Shown: positions 15,001 through 24,851 of the stretch, piece after piece
Layout of the letters: the number at the start of each line of letters is the position of its first letter
How positions within the stretch are numbered: the stretch's first letter is position 1
Source: Tubiluchus corallicola
Lineage: Eukaryota; Animalia; Priapulida
Assembly (NCBI GenBank): GCA_030141605.1
Contig: JAQGDQ010001257.1
Coordinates: 1-51,596, forward strand
Direction: 5' to 3'
DNA length: 51,596 nucleotides
Notes under the pieces: model-generated
Seen by the model: the letters and a program-made list of their open reading frames with translations, nothing else
Told to the model about the DNA's origin: nothing
Database searches by the model: none
Made by a program: the position numbers and the translations under genes

Positions 15001-18000
15001 GTGTTCATCAAACCCGTGTCGTCACGGTTCATGCAATAATCTACAAAACCGATACAATTGTACTTGTGATCCAGGCTATCAAGGAACTAAATGTGATGAA
15101 GGTGAAAAATGTATTATTAACTTTTCATTTATTGCAAATATGGAAAAACAACATACATCTTGTTTGGCCTATAAAACAGCTAAATATTAACTGTGTTTAT
15201 TTGCATATAAAATGCATCTTTCATGCACAACTGGATTAAGGGTTATCTAAAAGAGTTAATTAGAATGTTAATTAAAACTGTTAGCAACACTGAACAATGT
15301 AGTTTTGTAGCTTATGATGTAGTTATATCTATCTAAAAAAATTCTATCTAAATCATGTCTCTGGTTCAAATCCAAGCTGTGTTCTAACTTTTTCACTTTA
15401 CCCTAACTTTTGAGTTCCATTTCAAAATTTAATTATAATATGGATTTGTACTGTCGTTAAGATTATTCAAATTATATACAAATTGGGGAACTGCCCAAAC
15501 CTTAAGCTCCATCATGGCTATATACTAAATATTGTGCTAATATTGTGAATTTCTTTTTTCACTGGATTTCAGTTAAACATGTTTTGTAATTAATGTTAAC
15601 GTCAGTTAGGCTACTATATAACACACTATAACACATTATATAACACACGAAGACAGCTTTAATTTACCACACACTCAACACCAACGTTTTTTCAATTGCA
15701 CGCATGTTTACCACGTTCAATACTAAAGTGACCACATGGCTAACCATGTGTGACTTGTGAACTTGGTCAAGTTCACAAGAAGTAATGATAAATGTTTGAA
15801 TGTTTTGAATTTTTTAGATATTGATGAATGTCAATCAAACCCTTGTGTTAACGGTTCATGTACTAACTTAGAGAATAACTACACGTGTACTTGTGAAGCT
15901 GGTTATCAAGGACATGATTGCGATGAAGGTACAATACTCTTGTCTTAAAAGTATTTTTATTTTTAAAAAACATAAATTTATAATTAAAAACAACACAACT
16001 TTATTGAAACTTTTACTTTAGAAAGTTAGAAAGTTAAAATCATGCCAAACGTTTTGACAGGGTAGTGAATGTCATCACACAAACATACAACCAGTTTATA
16101 TAGGCAGAGCCTATTATGCACTAATTAAGTAGTTAACAGAAGCCAAATAGGTAATGAATAAACAGACCAGTAAAGAAATTAATACAGTAAGTTATGTACT
16201 AATTGTGTTTACAAAAGCTAAATGTTTAGTCAGACCTGAAGAAAATAAATTGATACATTAACAAATAGCTAAGTGTTTGAAAGTAAAGATAAAGGAATTG
16301 AACTGCTTTGTACGTTTAAAGAAGGTTTATGATAGCACATAGATAAACTTCTTTTTATTAAGAAGTCCCAATTATTTATACCTATTGTCACAATGCTGAT
16401 ATAAAATTAGCTTTGTGCTGAGAGGTGCAAATTTGGTTATTATTGCTGTATTTATGATAATTTTTTAATTTTTCATCAGTGGCCTGGGATGTGCCATGTT
16501 TCTAGAATGAAACAGTATACCTAGACAACGAGTAAACAGTAAACTTTAGTCACAAAGGCCAGGTTAATCTGCATTGCAGTTTAGGAAAAAAACAAGTATA
16601 ATAGTGTCTGCTGAAATTATTTTCATTTTTGGTGGTTCAAGTTCTTCCGGGCAAATGAGATTAAGCCTATTAAGCTTTTCTAATTGCATTTATTTATTTC
16701 TAGATATTGATGAGTGCGAATCAAATCCATGTATGAATCATGCTACATGTGTCGATGGCATCGATGAATTTAAGTGCACATGTGTTCCTGGAACAACTGG
16801 TGCTCATTGTAAGCAATGCATGCTGAGCAAATCATTATAAAATGTTAATAACAGCCTTGTGTATCGCCACATCGTAATGACGCTTGTGTTATTCCAGTTT
16901 TCTTGGTTTTTGTATGTTCAAGTACTAGCAGTCAGTTTATTTCTGTTGCTCTGTAACTTCTGTAACATCATTTATGAAAAATTACACTTAAGACAATTAA
17001 GCACAGCTAATCAATTAACAATGACAATTAATCATTGGCTCTGGAACTTTATTTGCTTGTCAGCACCTGTTACATCACTGACAGCTTTAGCACTGCTGTC
17101 CTGTGACTACACATCTAGTGGTTGTGTGAGAAATAGAGTTATCTTGTCTAAAACAATAATAGGTCTAGTTAATTTTTAACAAATTTATAACTATGATTGA
17201 AACCTTACTATTTATGGCAATGTTATAACTTTCTGAGTTGTTGTCATTGTCTTCGTCACCATCAAGTTGTAGTTGCTGCTGTTGTTGTTATAGTAGTTTT
17301 TGAATTGTTGTTGTTGTCATCATTGTCATCTGTTGTAAGTCTTATCACTGTAGCAGTCTCATTGTCACTGTCATTGATCTATGCATCAAATGCAAAAAGA
17401 AAAAGAAAATTTCCTTAAACGATGAGAAGGCATTTTTTATAGTCTACAAGTTTCAACATCAAGTTTTTTTGCCCGCTTTGAATAAATATTGAAATAAATA
17501 CTGCTACACTTATAATATGAGTGCAATAATTGCAGTAGCTAATACAAGTGACTTCATAAGCACAATTTTTTTCCCGGTTTTGACATTTTGTACGATGCTG
17601 ATAACTTGTCAAAAGCAGTTTACAAAACAGGTAGGTTGTCATTAGCACATGAAAATACTACAGTTTCTAAAACAGACTAAATGCAGTAATAATTGTGATT
17701 TGCAAGTGAAAATTTAACAGCACATAACACAGACTACAGGCAATAATATTAATTGTTATTTGCAAACAAAAATAATAGAGCTTATAAAGCAGACAACAGG
17801 CAGTAATAATTATTATTCACAGGTGGAAATAATAGAGCTTATAAAGCAGACAATAGGCAGTAATAATTATTATTCACAGGTGGAAATAATAGAGCTTATA
17901 AAGCAGACAATAGGCAGTAATAATTATTATTCACAGGTGGAAATAATAGAGCTTAAATAAGCAGACAACAGGCAGTAATAATTATTATTCACAGGTGGAA

Positions 18001-21000
18001 ATAATAGAGCTTATAAAGCAGACAATAGGCAGTAATAATTATTATTTTCAGGTGAAAATAATAGAGCTTATAAAGCAGACAACAGGCAGTAATAATTATT
18101 ATTCACAGGTGGAAATAATAGAGCTTATAAAGCAGACAATAGGCAGTAATAATTATTATTTTCAGGTGAAAATAATAGAGCTTATAAAGCAGACAACAGG
18201 CAGTAATAATTATTATTCACAGGTGGAAATAATAGAGCTTATAAAGCAGACAACAGGCAGTAATAATTATTATTCACAGGTGGAAATAATAGAGCTTATA
18301 AAGCAGACAACAGGCAGTAATAATTATTATTCACAGGTGGAAATAATAGAGCTTATAAAGCAGACAACAGGCAGTAATAATTATTATTCACAGGTGGAAA
18401 TAATAGAGCTTATAAAGCAGACAATAGGCAGTAATAATTATTATTCACAGGTGGAAATAATAGAGCTTATAAAGCAGACAACAGGCAGTAATAATTATTA
18501 TTCACAGGTGGAAATAATAGAGCTTATAAAGCAGACAATGGACAGTAATAATTATTATTCACAGGTGGAAATAATAGAGCTTATAAAGCAGACAATAGGC
18601 AGTAATAATTATTATTCACAGGTGGAAATAATAGAGCTTATAAAGCAGACAACAGGCAGTAATAATTATTATTCACAGGTGGAAATAATAGAGCTTATAA
18701 AGCAGACAACAGGCAGTAATAATTATTATTCACAGGTGGAAATAATAGAGCTTATAAAGCAGACAATAGGCAGTAATAATTATTATTCACAGGTGGAAAT
18801 AGAGCTTATAAAGCAGACAATAGGCAGTAATAATTATTATTCACAGGTGGAAATAATAGAGCTTATAAAGCAGACAATAGGCAGTAATAATTATTATTCA
18901 CAGGTGGAAATAATAGAGCTTATAAAGCAGACAATATGCAGTAATAATTATTATTCACAGGTGGAAATAATAGAGCTTATAAAGCAGACAACAGGCAGTA
19001 ATAATTATTATTCACAGGTGGAAATAATAGAGCTTATAAAGCAGACAATAGGCAGTAATAATTATTATTCACAGGTGGAAATAATAGAGGTTATAAAGCA
19101 GACAATAGGCAGTAATAATTATTATTCACAGGTGGAAATAATAGAGCTTATAAAGCAGACAATGGACAGTAATAATTATTATTCACAGGTGGAAATAATA
19201 GAGGTTATAAAGCAGACAATAGGCAGTAATAATTATTATCCACAGGTGGAAATAATAGAGCTTATAAAGCAGACAATAGGCAGTAATAATTATTATTCAC
19301 AGGTGGAAATAATAGAGCTTATAAAGCAGACAATAGGCAGTAATAATTATTATTCACAGGTGGAAATAATAGAGCTTATAAAGCAGACAATAGGCAGTAA
19401 TAATTATTATTCACAGGTGGAAATAATAGAGCTTATAAAGCAGACAACAGGCAGTAATAATTATTATTCACAGGTGGAAATAATAGAGCTTATAAAGCAG
19501 ACAATAGGCAGTAATAATTATTATTCACAGGTGGAAATAATAGAGCTTATAAAGCAGACAACAGGCAGTAATAATTATTATTCACAGGTGGAAATAATAG
19601 AGCTTATAAAGCAGACAATAGGCAGTAATAATTATTATTCACAGGTGGAAATAATAGAGCTTATAAAGCAGACAACAGGCAGTAATAATTATTATTCACA
19701 GGTGGAAATAATAGAGCTTATAAAGCAGACAATAGGCAGTAATAATTATTATTCACAGGTGGAAATAATAGAGCTTATAAAGCAGACAATAGGCAGTAAT
19801 AATTATTATTCACAGGTGGAAATAATAGAGCTTATAAAGCAGACAACAGGCAGTAATAATTATTATTCACAGGTGGAAATAATAGAGCTTATAAAGCAGA
19901 CAATAGGCAGTAATAATTATTATTCACAGGTGGAAATAATAGAGCTTATAAAGCAGACAACAGGCAGTAATAATTATTATTCACAGGTGGAAATAATAGA
20001 GCTTATAAAGCAGACAACAGGCAGTAATAATTATTATTCACAGGTGGAAATAATAGAGCTTATAAAGCAGACAATAGGCAGTAATAATTATTATTCACAG
20101 GTGGAAATAATAGAGCTTATAAAGCAGACAATAGGCAGTAATAATTATTATTCACAGGTGGAAATAATAGAGCTTATAAAGCAGACAATAGGCAGTAATA
20201 ATTATTATTCACAGGTGGAAATAATAGAGCTTATAAAGCAGACAACAGGCAGTAATAATTATTATTCACAGGTGGAAATAATAGAGCTTATAAAGCAGAC
20301 AACAGGCAGTAATAATTATTATTCACAGGTGGAAATAATAGAGCTTATAAAGCAGACAATAGGCAGTAATAATTATTATTCACAGGTGGAAACAATAGAG
20401 CTTATAAAGCAGACAATAGGCAGTAATAATTATTATTCACAGGTGGAAATAATAGAGCTTATAAAGCAGACAATAGGCAGTAATAATTATTATTCACAGG
20501 TGGAAATAATAGAGCTTATAAAGCAGACAACAGGCAGTAATAATTATTATTCACAGGTGGAAATAATGGAGCTTATAAAGTAGACAATAGGCAGTAATAA
20601 TTATTATTCACAGGTGGAAACATAACTGACGTCTATCTTGTCTACCAATTCTGTGAAAAAATACTTGTTGAAGAAGTAGAATGGAGTTGGACAGGAGGGA
20701 GTATTGATCTCACGTCTTCAAGCAATGCTTCCTATGATGAGCGTACCAGGGCTAGCATTGTAGTAACAGAATCTAGCGGTAACAAGACCTGCTACAAAGC
20801 AATACTAACCATAGAATCACCAGTAGAAACTGACTCTGGCGTCTACCAGTTGACTTTGGCATTTGAAGACCGAATCGATTATGTCAATTTCACTGTTGCT
20901 GTTCCTAAGTCCAGCATGAATTATATAGGTATGCTTTGACTTCATACTCGACTGTAGATTGTATCCCTTTTAGTGAAAGACTCTGAGTTATTATTTGTTA

Positions 21001-22300
21001 CAGGAAAGAAAGGAAAAATGTCTGTTGTGTACACATGACTTGTGGGAAGCACCTGTACTAAAGTAAAAAGGTTGCACTGATATAATCAATTCTGTGTATT
21101 AATAAAAATTAAAGACACAGTACAAGTGCCACTAATAAATCATTAATATATAATACAAAGACAGTAATGACACTCAAACACAGTACAGGCAGTACAAATA
21201 TAGTAATGATAGTACAAATACAGTACACACAGCACAAACACAGTAATGACACTCAAACACAGTACAGGCAGTACAAATACAGTGTAATGATAGCACAAAC
21301 ACAGCACAGGCAGTACAAACACAGTGTAATGATAGTGCAGACACACTATAGACAGCACACACACAGTAATGACAATCAAACGCAGTACACACAGCACAAA
21401 CACAGTAATGACACTCAAACACAGTACAGGCAGTACAAATACAGTGTAATGATAGCATAAACACAGCACAGGCAGTACAAACACAGTGTAATGATAGTGC
21501 AGACACACTATAGACAGCACAAACACAGTAATGACACTCAAACACAGTACAGGCAGTACAAATACAGTATTGATAGCACAAACACAGTACAGGCAGTACA
21601 AACACAGTGTAATGATAGTGCAGACACACTATAGACAGCACAAACACAGTAATGACACTCAAACACAGTACAGGCAGTACAAATACAGTGTAATGATAGC
21701 ATAAACACAGCACAGGCAGTACAAACACAGTGTAATGATAGTGCAGACACACTATAGACAGCACAAACACAGTAATGACACTCAAACACAGTACAGGCAG
21801 TACAAATACAGTATTGATAGCACAAACACAGTACAGGCAGTACAAACACAGTGTAATGATAGTGCAGACACACTATAGACAGCACAAACACAGTAATGAC
21901 AATCAAACGCAGTACAGACAGTACATCCTTTATACCTTATCATCGAAAATCTAACTCTTATTTTTCAGTTGAAGATGGCATCTTAGTGAGCATGATGGAG
22001 TTTAGTGCAGATTTAGCAACAGATGTCAATGTTACACAAAAATTTTGTGTAACTGATGGATATGAAGAAGCAAGATGGGAGTGGTCAGAAGGAAGTATTG
22101 ATCTGACGTCATCAAATTCTTCATATCATAAACGCATCAAGGGTAGCATTGCTCCACTTTCATCTGACGGTTCAAAGAAGTGCTATACTGCAATGTTAAC
22201 AATAGATTATCCAGTGAAAACCGACGCTGGTGTTTACACACTCATAGTAACAACTAAAGACAACATAAAAGAGTATGAAACACAGGTTAAAGCAACATAA
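1144..22300 (+). CDS. 3' part of a multi-exon gene: at least 16 Notch/fibropellin-type EGF repeats plus two C-terminal Ig-like domains, no TM seen (probably secreted); 5' end upstream of window
   Basis: 18 exons with AG acceptors; EGF exons are 111/114/117 nt, phase 1-1, with DIDEC-type starts and 6-Cys EGF spacing; stop TAA 22298-22300; AATAAA at 22527. Donor of exon 16 is non-canonical, so the EGF-Ig linkage is inferred. Confidence 0.8.
1467..1709. repeat. (GAT)n microsatellite, intronic
   Basis: Direct reading; source of the poly-D/M/H/I ORFs. Confidence 0.95.
2268..2381 (+). CDS. EGF exon 2 (type B) [38 protein letters not shown]
   Basis: tag|AT...AG|gtctgg, 114 nt. Confidence 0.93.
2691..3016 (+). 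mobile_element. tRNA-derived SINE with (TTA/TTG)n tail
   Basis: A-box-like TGGTTTAGTCTAGTGG, B box GAGTTCGAACC at 2745-2755, AATAAA then simple-repeat tail 2914-3016, flanking direct repeat CAAAATG at 2685-2691 and 3017-3023. Confidence 0.75.
3478..4463. repeat. 66-bp minisatellite, about 15 units, intronic
   Basis: 22-aa periodicity in spurious ORFs 3548-4479. Confidence 0.95.
4503..4619 (+). CDS. EGF exon 3 (type C, 7 Cys) [39 protein letters not shown]
   Basis: tag|AT...AG|gtaagt, 117 nt; absent from ORF track. Confidence 0.93.
4868..5200. repeat. 41-bp minisatellite, second array (about 8 units)
   Basis: Same unit as 1-168. Confidence 0.9.
5259..5372 (+). CDS. EGF exon 4 (type D) [38 protein letters not shown]
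   Basis: cag|TT...AG|gtacct, 114 nt. Confidence 0.92.
5680..5790 (+). CDS. EGF exon 5 (type E) [37 protein letters not shown]
   Basis: tag|AC...AG|gtaaaa, 111 nt. Confidence 0.93.
6833..6943 (+). CDS. EGF exon 6 (type F) [37 protein letters not shown]
   Basis: tag|AT...AG|gtaaaa, 111 nt. Confidence 0.93.
8634..8747 (+). CDS. EGF exon 7 (type B') [38 protein letters not shown]
   Basis: tag|AT...AG|gtctgg, 114 nt. Confidence 0.93.
9382..9492 (+). CDS. EGF exon 8 (type G) [37 protein letters not shown]
   Basis: tag|AT...AG|gtattt, 111 nt. Confidence 0.93.
9581..10530. repeat. Long imperfect inverted repeat (arms about 9581-9860 and 10249-10530), foldback/MITE-like, intronic
   Basis: e.g. 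TTTTTTGTTCACAATTGATGTATGCAAATATAATTAATTATAAATAAATTGAATACT is mirrored by AGTATTCAATTTATTTATAATTAATTATATTTGCACACATCAATTGTGAACAAAAAA. Confidence 0.85.
10819..10932 (+). CDS. EGF exon 9 (type H) [38 protein letters not shown]
   Basis: cag|AT...AG|gtatga, 114 nt. Confidence 0.92.
11243..11356 (+). CDS. EGF exon 10 (type A) [38 protein letters not shown]
   Basis: tag|AT...AA|gtaaaa, 114 nt. Confidence 0.93.
11674..11787 (+). CDS. EGF exon 11 (type B) [38 protein letters not shown]
   Basis: tag|AT...AG|gtttgc, 114 nt. Confidence 0.93.
12095..12372. repeat. (GTGA)n/(GTAA)n microsatellite
   Basis: Direct reading. Confidence 0.95.
12439..12476 (+). pseudogene. Relic of a type C EGF exon ([12 protein letters not shown]-stop)
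   Basis: Aligns codon by codon with exon 3 [12 protein letters not shown], including the extra Cys; lies where type C is expected in block 2. Confidence 0.6.
12781..12894 (+). CDS. EGF exon 12 (type D) [38 protein letters not shown]
   Basis: cag|TT...AG|gtacgt, 114 nt. Confidence 0.93.
13055..13330. repeat. 41-bp minisatellite (GATTTTCCTCAAAACCGATAACCACACCGATACCAATTATT), unrelated to the array at 1-168
   Basis: Units at 13181, 13222, 13263, with diverged flanking units. Confidence 0.85.
14328..14438 (+). CDS. EGF exon 13 (type E) [37 protein letters not shown]
   Basis: tag|AT...AG|gtaaga, 111 nt. Confidence 0.93.
14530..14628 (+). pseudogene. Dead duplicate type E EGF exon
   Basis: [12 protein letters not shown], 1-nt deletion, then [20 protein letters not shown]; acceptor and DIDE lost, donor reads GC. 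Confidence 0.85.
14991..15101 (+). CDS. EGF exon 14 (type F) [37 protein letters not shown]
   Basis: tag|AT...AG|gtgaaa, 111 nt. Confidence 0.93.
15818..15928 (+). CDS. EGF exon 15 (type G) [37 protein letters not shown]
   Basis: tag|AT...AG|gtacaa, 111 nt. Confidence 0.93.
15986..16152 (-). mobile_element. Dispersed copy of the Penelope-pLTR-like repeat at 23193-23500
   Basis: Shares AAACATACAACCAGTTTATATAGGCAGA and ATTATGCACTAATTAAGTAGTTAACAGAAGCCAAATAG with that locus. Confidence 0.6.
16704..16817 (+). CDS. EGF exon 16 (type H) [38 protein letters not shown]; donor is GC
   Basis: tag|AT; the expected 114-nt boundary reads AT|gcatgc; read-through stops at 16840. Confidence 0.85.
17765..20620. 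repeat. 57-bp satellite, about 50 near-identical units
   Basis: Unit GTGGAAATAATAGAGCTTATAAAGCAGACAAYAGGCAGTAATAATTATTATTCACAG; diverged units from about 17650. Confidence 0.97.
20614..20928 (+). CDS. Ig-like domain exon 17 ([35 protein letters not shown]...[27 protein letters not shown]...)
   Basis: cag|GT...AG|gtatgc, 315 nt, open, phase 1-1; clear paralogue of exon 18; missed by the ORF track. Confidence 0.85.
21150..21920. repeat. Complex higher-order minisatellite built from ACACAGTACAGGCAGTACAA-type subunits
   Basis: Repeating block of about 120 bp; produces several spurious ORFs. Confidence 0.9.
21969..22300 (+). CDS. Terminal Ig-like domain exon 18 (VEDGILV...[25 protein letters not shown]...[25 protein letters not shown]...KAT-stop)
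   Basis: ttttcag|TT phase 1; W-x-W, LTI and D-x-G-x-Y Ig motifs. Confidence 0.88.
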
Positions 22301-22885
22301 AAGAACACTGTTGAACGTTTTGATTTTCCGAGCAAAGACAGTAGTAAAGATTATCTCTTACTGCTCTAAATGCTTTCCGTTTCTTCAAGAAGAATACATT
22401 AGCAATTCTTGAATACAGTAACGGTCAACATGATGAACATGACTTGCTTAGTATCTGTTATGATTTCTTTGCTTCTGTAGGACATGGTGGTCAAAAATCT
22501 TCCTGACCATGTCAGTGGATGATTTAAATAAACATTGTATATAAATTTCCAGTTTAACAGTGCTTAGACATATACCCCAGGACATATTTTTGCGTTTTTT
22601 TCTGGAAATGCCCAGTAAGCCCACTTCAACTTGTTTTGAGAAAAAATCGGAGAATTTCCTATTCAAGAAGCAATTGTTCAATGATTACCACGTATAAAAG
22701 AGGGTAATCATATATATTACTACAAAGAACATCGTCATTAGAAAGTAGTTTGTTGATCTGTTAAACAAAGAAATAAATATTAGAGGTGATTTTTAAAATG
22801 ATGGATTTGCAAGGTTGCATTTGAAAATGATCCTTCAGCTTAGCTGTTCGTCTGCGGGACTATAGCGGTTTTTGATTGAACAATT

Positions 22886-23034
22886 GCAAAGCGTCTTTGG
22901 ATTGGTTGAAATGCTTTCTCGTCTGGCTTAGTTAGCAAAGCGTCTTTTGATTGGTTGAAATGCATGCTCGCCTGGACTTAGTTAGCAAAGCGTCTTTGGA
23001 TTGGTTGAAATGCATGCTCGCCTGGACTTAGTTA
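22886..23034. repeat. About 50-bp tandem repeat x3 containing GATTGGTT (reverse CCAAT)
   Basis: Units at 22886, 22935, 22985. Confidence 0.85.
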
Positions 23035-23192
23035 GTCCATTTTGTCTTAATTTTGAGGCAAACTTACAAAGTCCAAAAGAGCTGTGAAGGTTTTTATGTG
23101 CCTGTAAAAATAATTGATTAGTCCATTTTGTCTAAATTTCGAGGCAAACTTACTATGTAATTTTTTTACAGGCACGTTAAAACATTTACAGC

Positions 23193-23500
23193 TAAAAACA
23201 ACACGACTTTATGAAACATTTTTAATTAAAAATGTTAAAAGTTAAAATCACACCAAACGTTTCAACTCTCATCATCAGTGTTAAATTTAGAAACATACAA
23301 CCAGTTTATATAGGCAGATCTATTTGGCTTCTGCTAACTACTTAATTAGTGCATAATACACTCTCCCTATATAAACTGGTTGTATGTTTCTAAATTTAAC
23401 ACTGATGATGACAGCAGCAGCTAGTGGAAACGTTTCACGTGATTTTAACTTTTAACATTTTTAATGTAAAATCTTTAATAAATTTGTTTTTAACTGTTTT
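23193..23500. mobile_element. Inverted repeat resembling a Penelope-like pseudo-LTR with a degenerate hammerhead core
   Basis: Arms 23226-23314 and 23366-23464; right arm reads TATATAAA, CTGATGA (23402-23408), GAAAC (23427-23431), then AATAAA just beyond the arm. Confidence 0.55.
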
Positions 23501-24851
23501 AATTTGCCAGTAACTCACTTAATCAGCTTTAAATTATCAAATCACTTGTTGCTAAGGTGCCCTGTTATCTCTTTTGTTCCATAACTCAATTTTATCCAAA
23601 AATAGAATTACTAGGACTTACTTGTGAAAACATGAATATTGCTGATGCTTAATGTAAGTAATTCTCACAAAGTCAAGACTGAAAATCTTGCGCTTTGAAA
23701 GCGGTACTTAAACAAGTTCAAAGTTAAACAACCAGAACCTACACTTTACTACAATGTTCTCTTTCGTTCTTTATCTTCTTTTTGTTTATCTTCTTAATAT
23801 GAAAAGTATTACAGTTATTGTAATCGTATAGAACTGTATCGAAAAATGTTAAAATAAATAGCCTTATTTCAAACTTAACTATTATTTTCTGAAGTTTTAT
23901 AATTTTCCACAATATAGTGAAATTCTTTAGAACTCTGTCTGGTACACTCTGGGTTGGCCTGAGTTATATACGTTTCTTTTAATTCAAAGAATTTTCACAA
24001 TTTTTTTTTGATAAATAATTTCAATTATAAAATTAGAATTCGCCCAGTAGGATGCAAATCTCAGCAAATGTCGAAAAATCCTAAAAGAACTTCGTTGATT
24101 GACCCATAACCCTTAATATTTTATTTATTTATTTATTAAATATATCCACAATGATCACTACAGCATTGTACATAAAAGTATTTAATAATATATTTATTAT
24201 TATGTGCACAAGATGCCAAGCCACAAATGACCTGCGGGGTACTCAAGAAGTAATTACATTTACATGACAAAACATGAAACCAAAATACACAAGCGAATAT
24301 GAAAGAAATCACAGACGAGCCACTTAGTGATTGGTTGCATTTCTTTAAAGGACAAGAAAGGGATACCTTAAGTATGTTTCAGAAAAAATCGACTTAAAAA
24401 TTATATAACTTTATATAATTATTATATATGTATAGTAATGTAGTGCTATTTTTTAAACCTTGAAAATATATAATGATATATATATATATATATATATAGG
24501 TTGTAGTGCTGTATGTATTTTTATTTATTTATTTCATTTTTGCTCGCAAATTGGATAATGCTCTAAATTGCTCATATTATCTGTTGGATCAACATAGACA
24601 ATTTGTTATTTTGCCATTTTTTTATTGGACAATAAACTACTAATGCTACTATTACAAGTCAAACGCATGAGAAAAGAGCAGCAAAGAGCACCGAAAACTG
24701 CTGAAACCCTACAACGTGAAGAATTAGATCTCACGGTTAGCAGAAAAATAATTTCAAATAACAATTTACTACATTTAAGTTAATTACAGTTTGTCGTTAG
24801 TCAACGTAGGACAATGAAGTATTATAACAGCTATTCTTGCAACATTGTAAC

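Noticed and set aside
17995-20583. 862-aa ORF of 19-aa repeats as a real protein
   Set aside because: It is the stop-free frame of a 57-bp satellite, starts at GTG, and is out of frame with the Ig exon that follows
21143-21906. Cys-rich ORFs on both strands
   Set aside because: Minisatellite translations
164-21920. Tandem arrays as CRISPR
   Set aside because: Units are contiguous with no unique spacers, there are no cas genes, and the context is spliceosomal eukaryote
1144-22300. Calling the EGF gene Notch, Crumbs or fibropellin
   Set aside because: No LNR, ankyrin, laminin G, TM or avidin domain at the C-terminus; no symbol assigned
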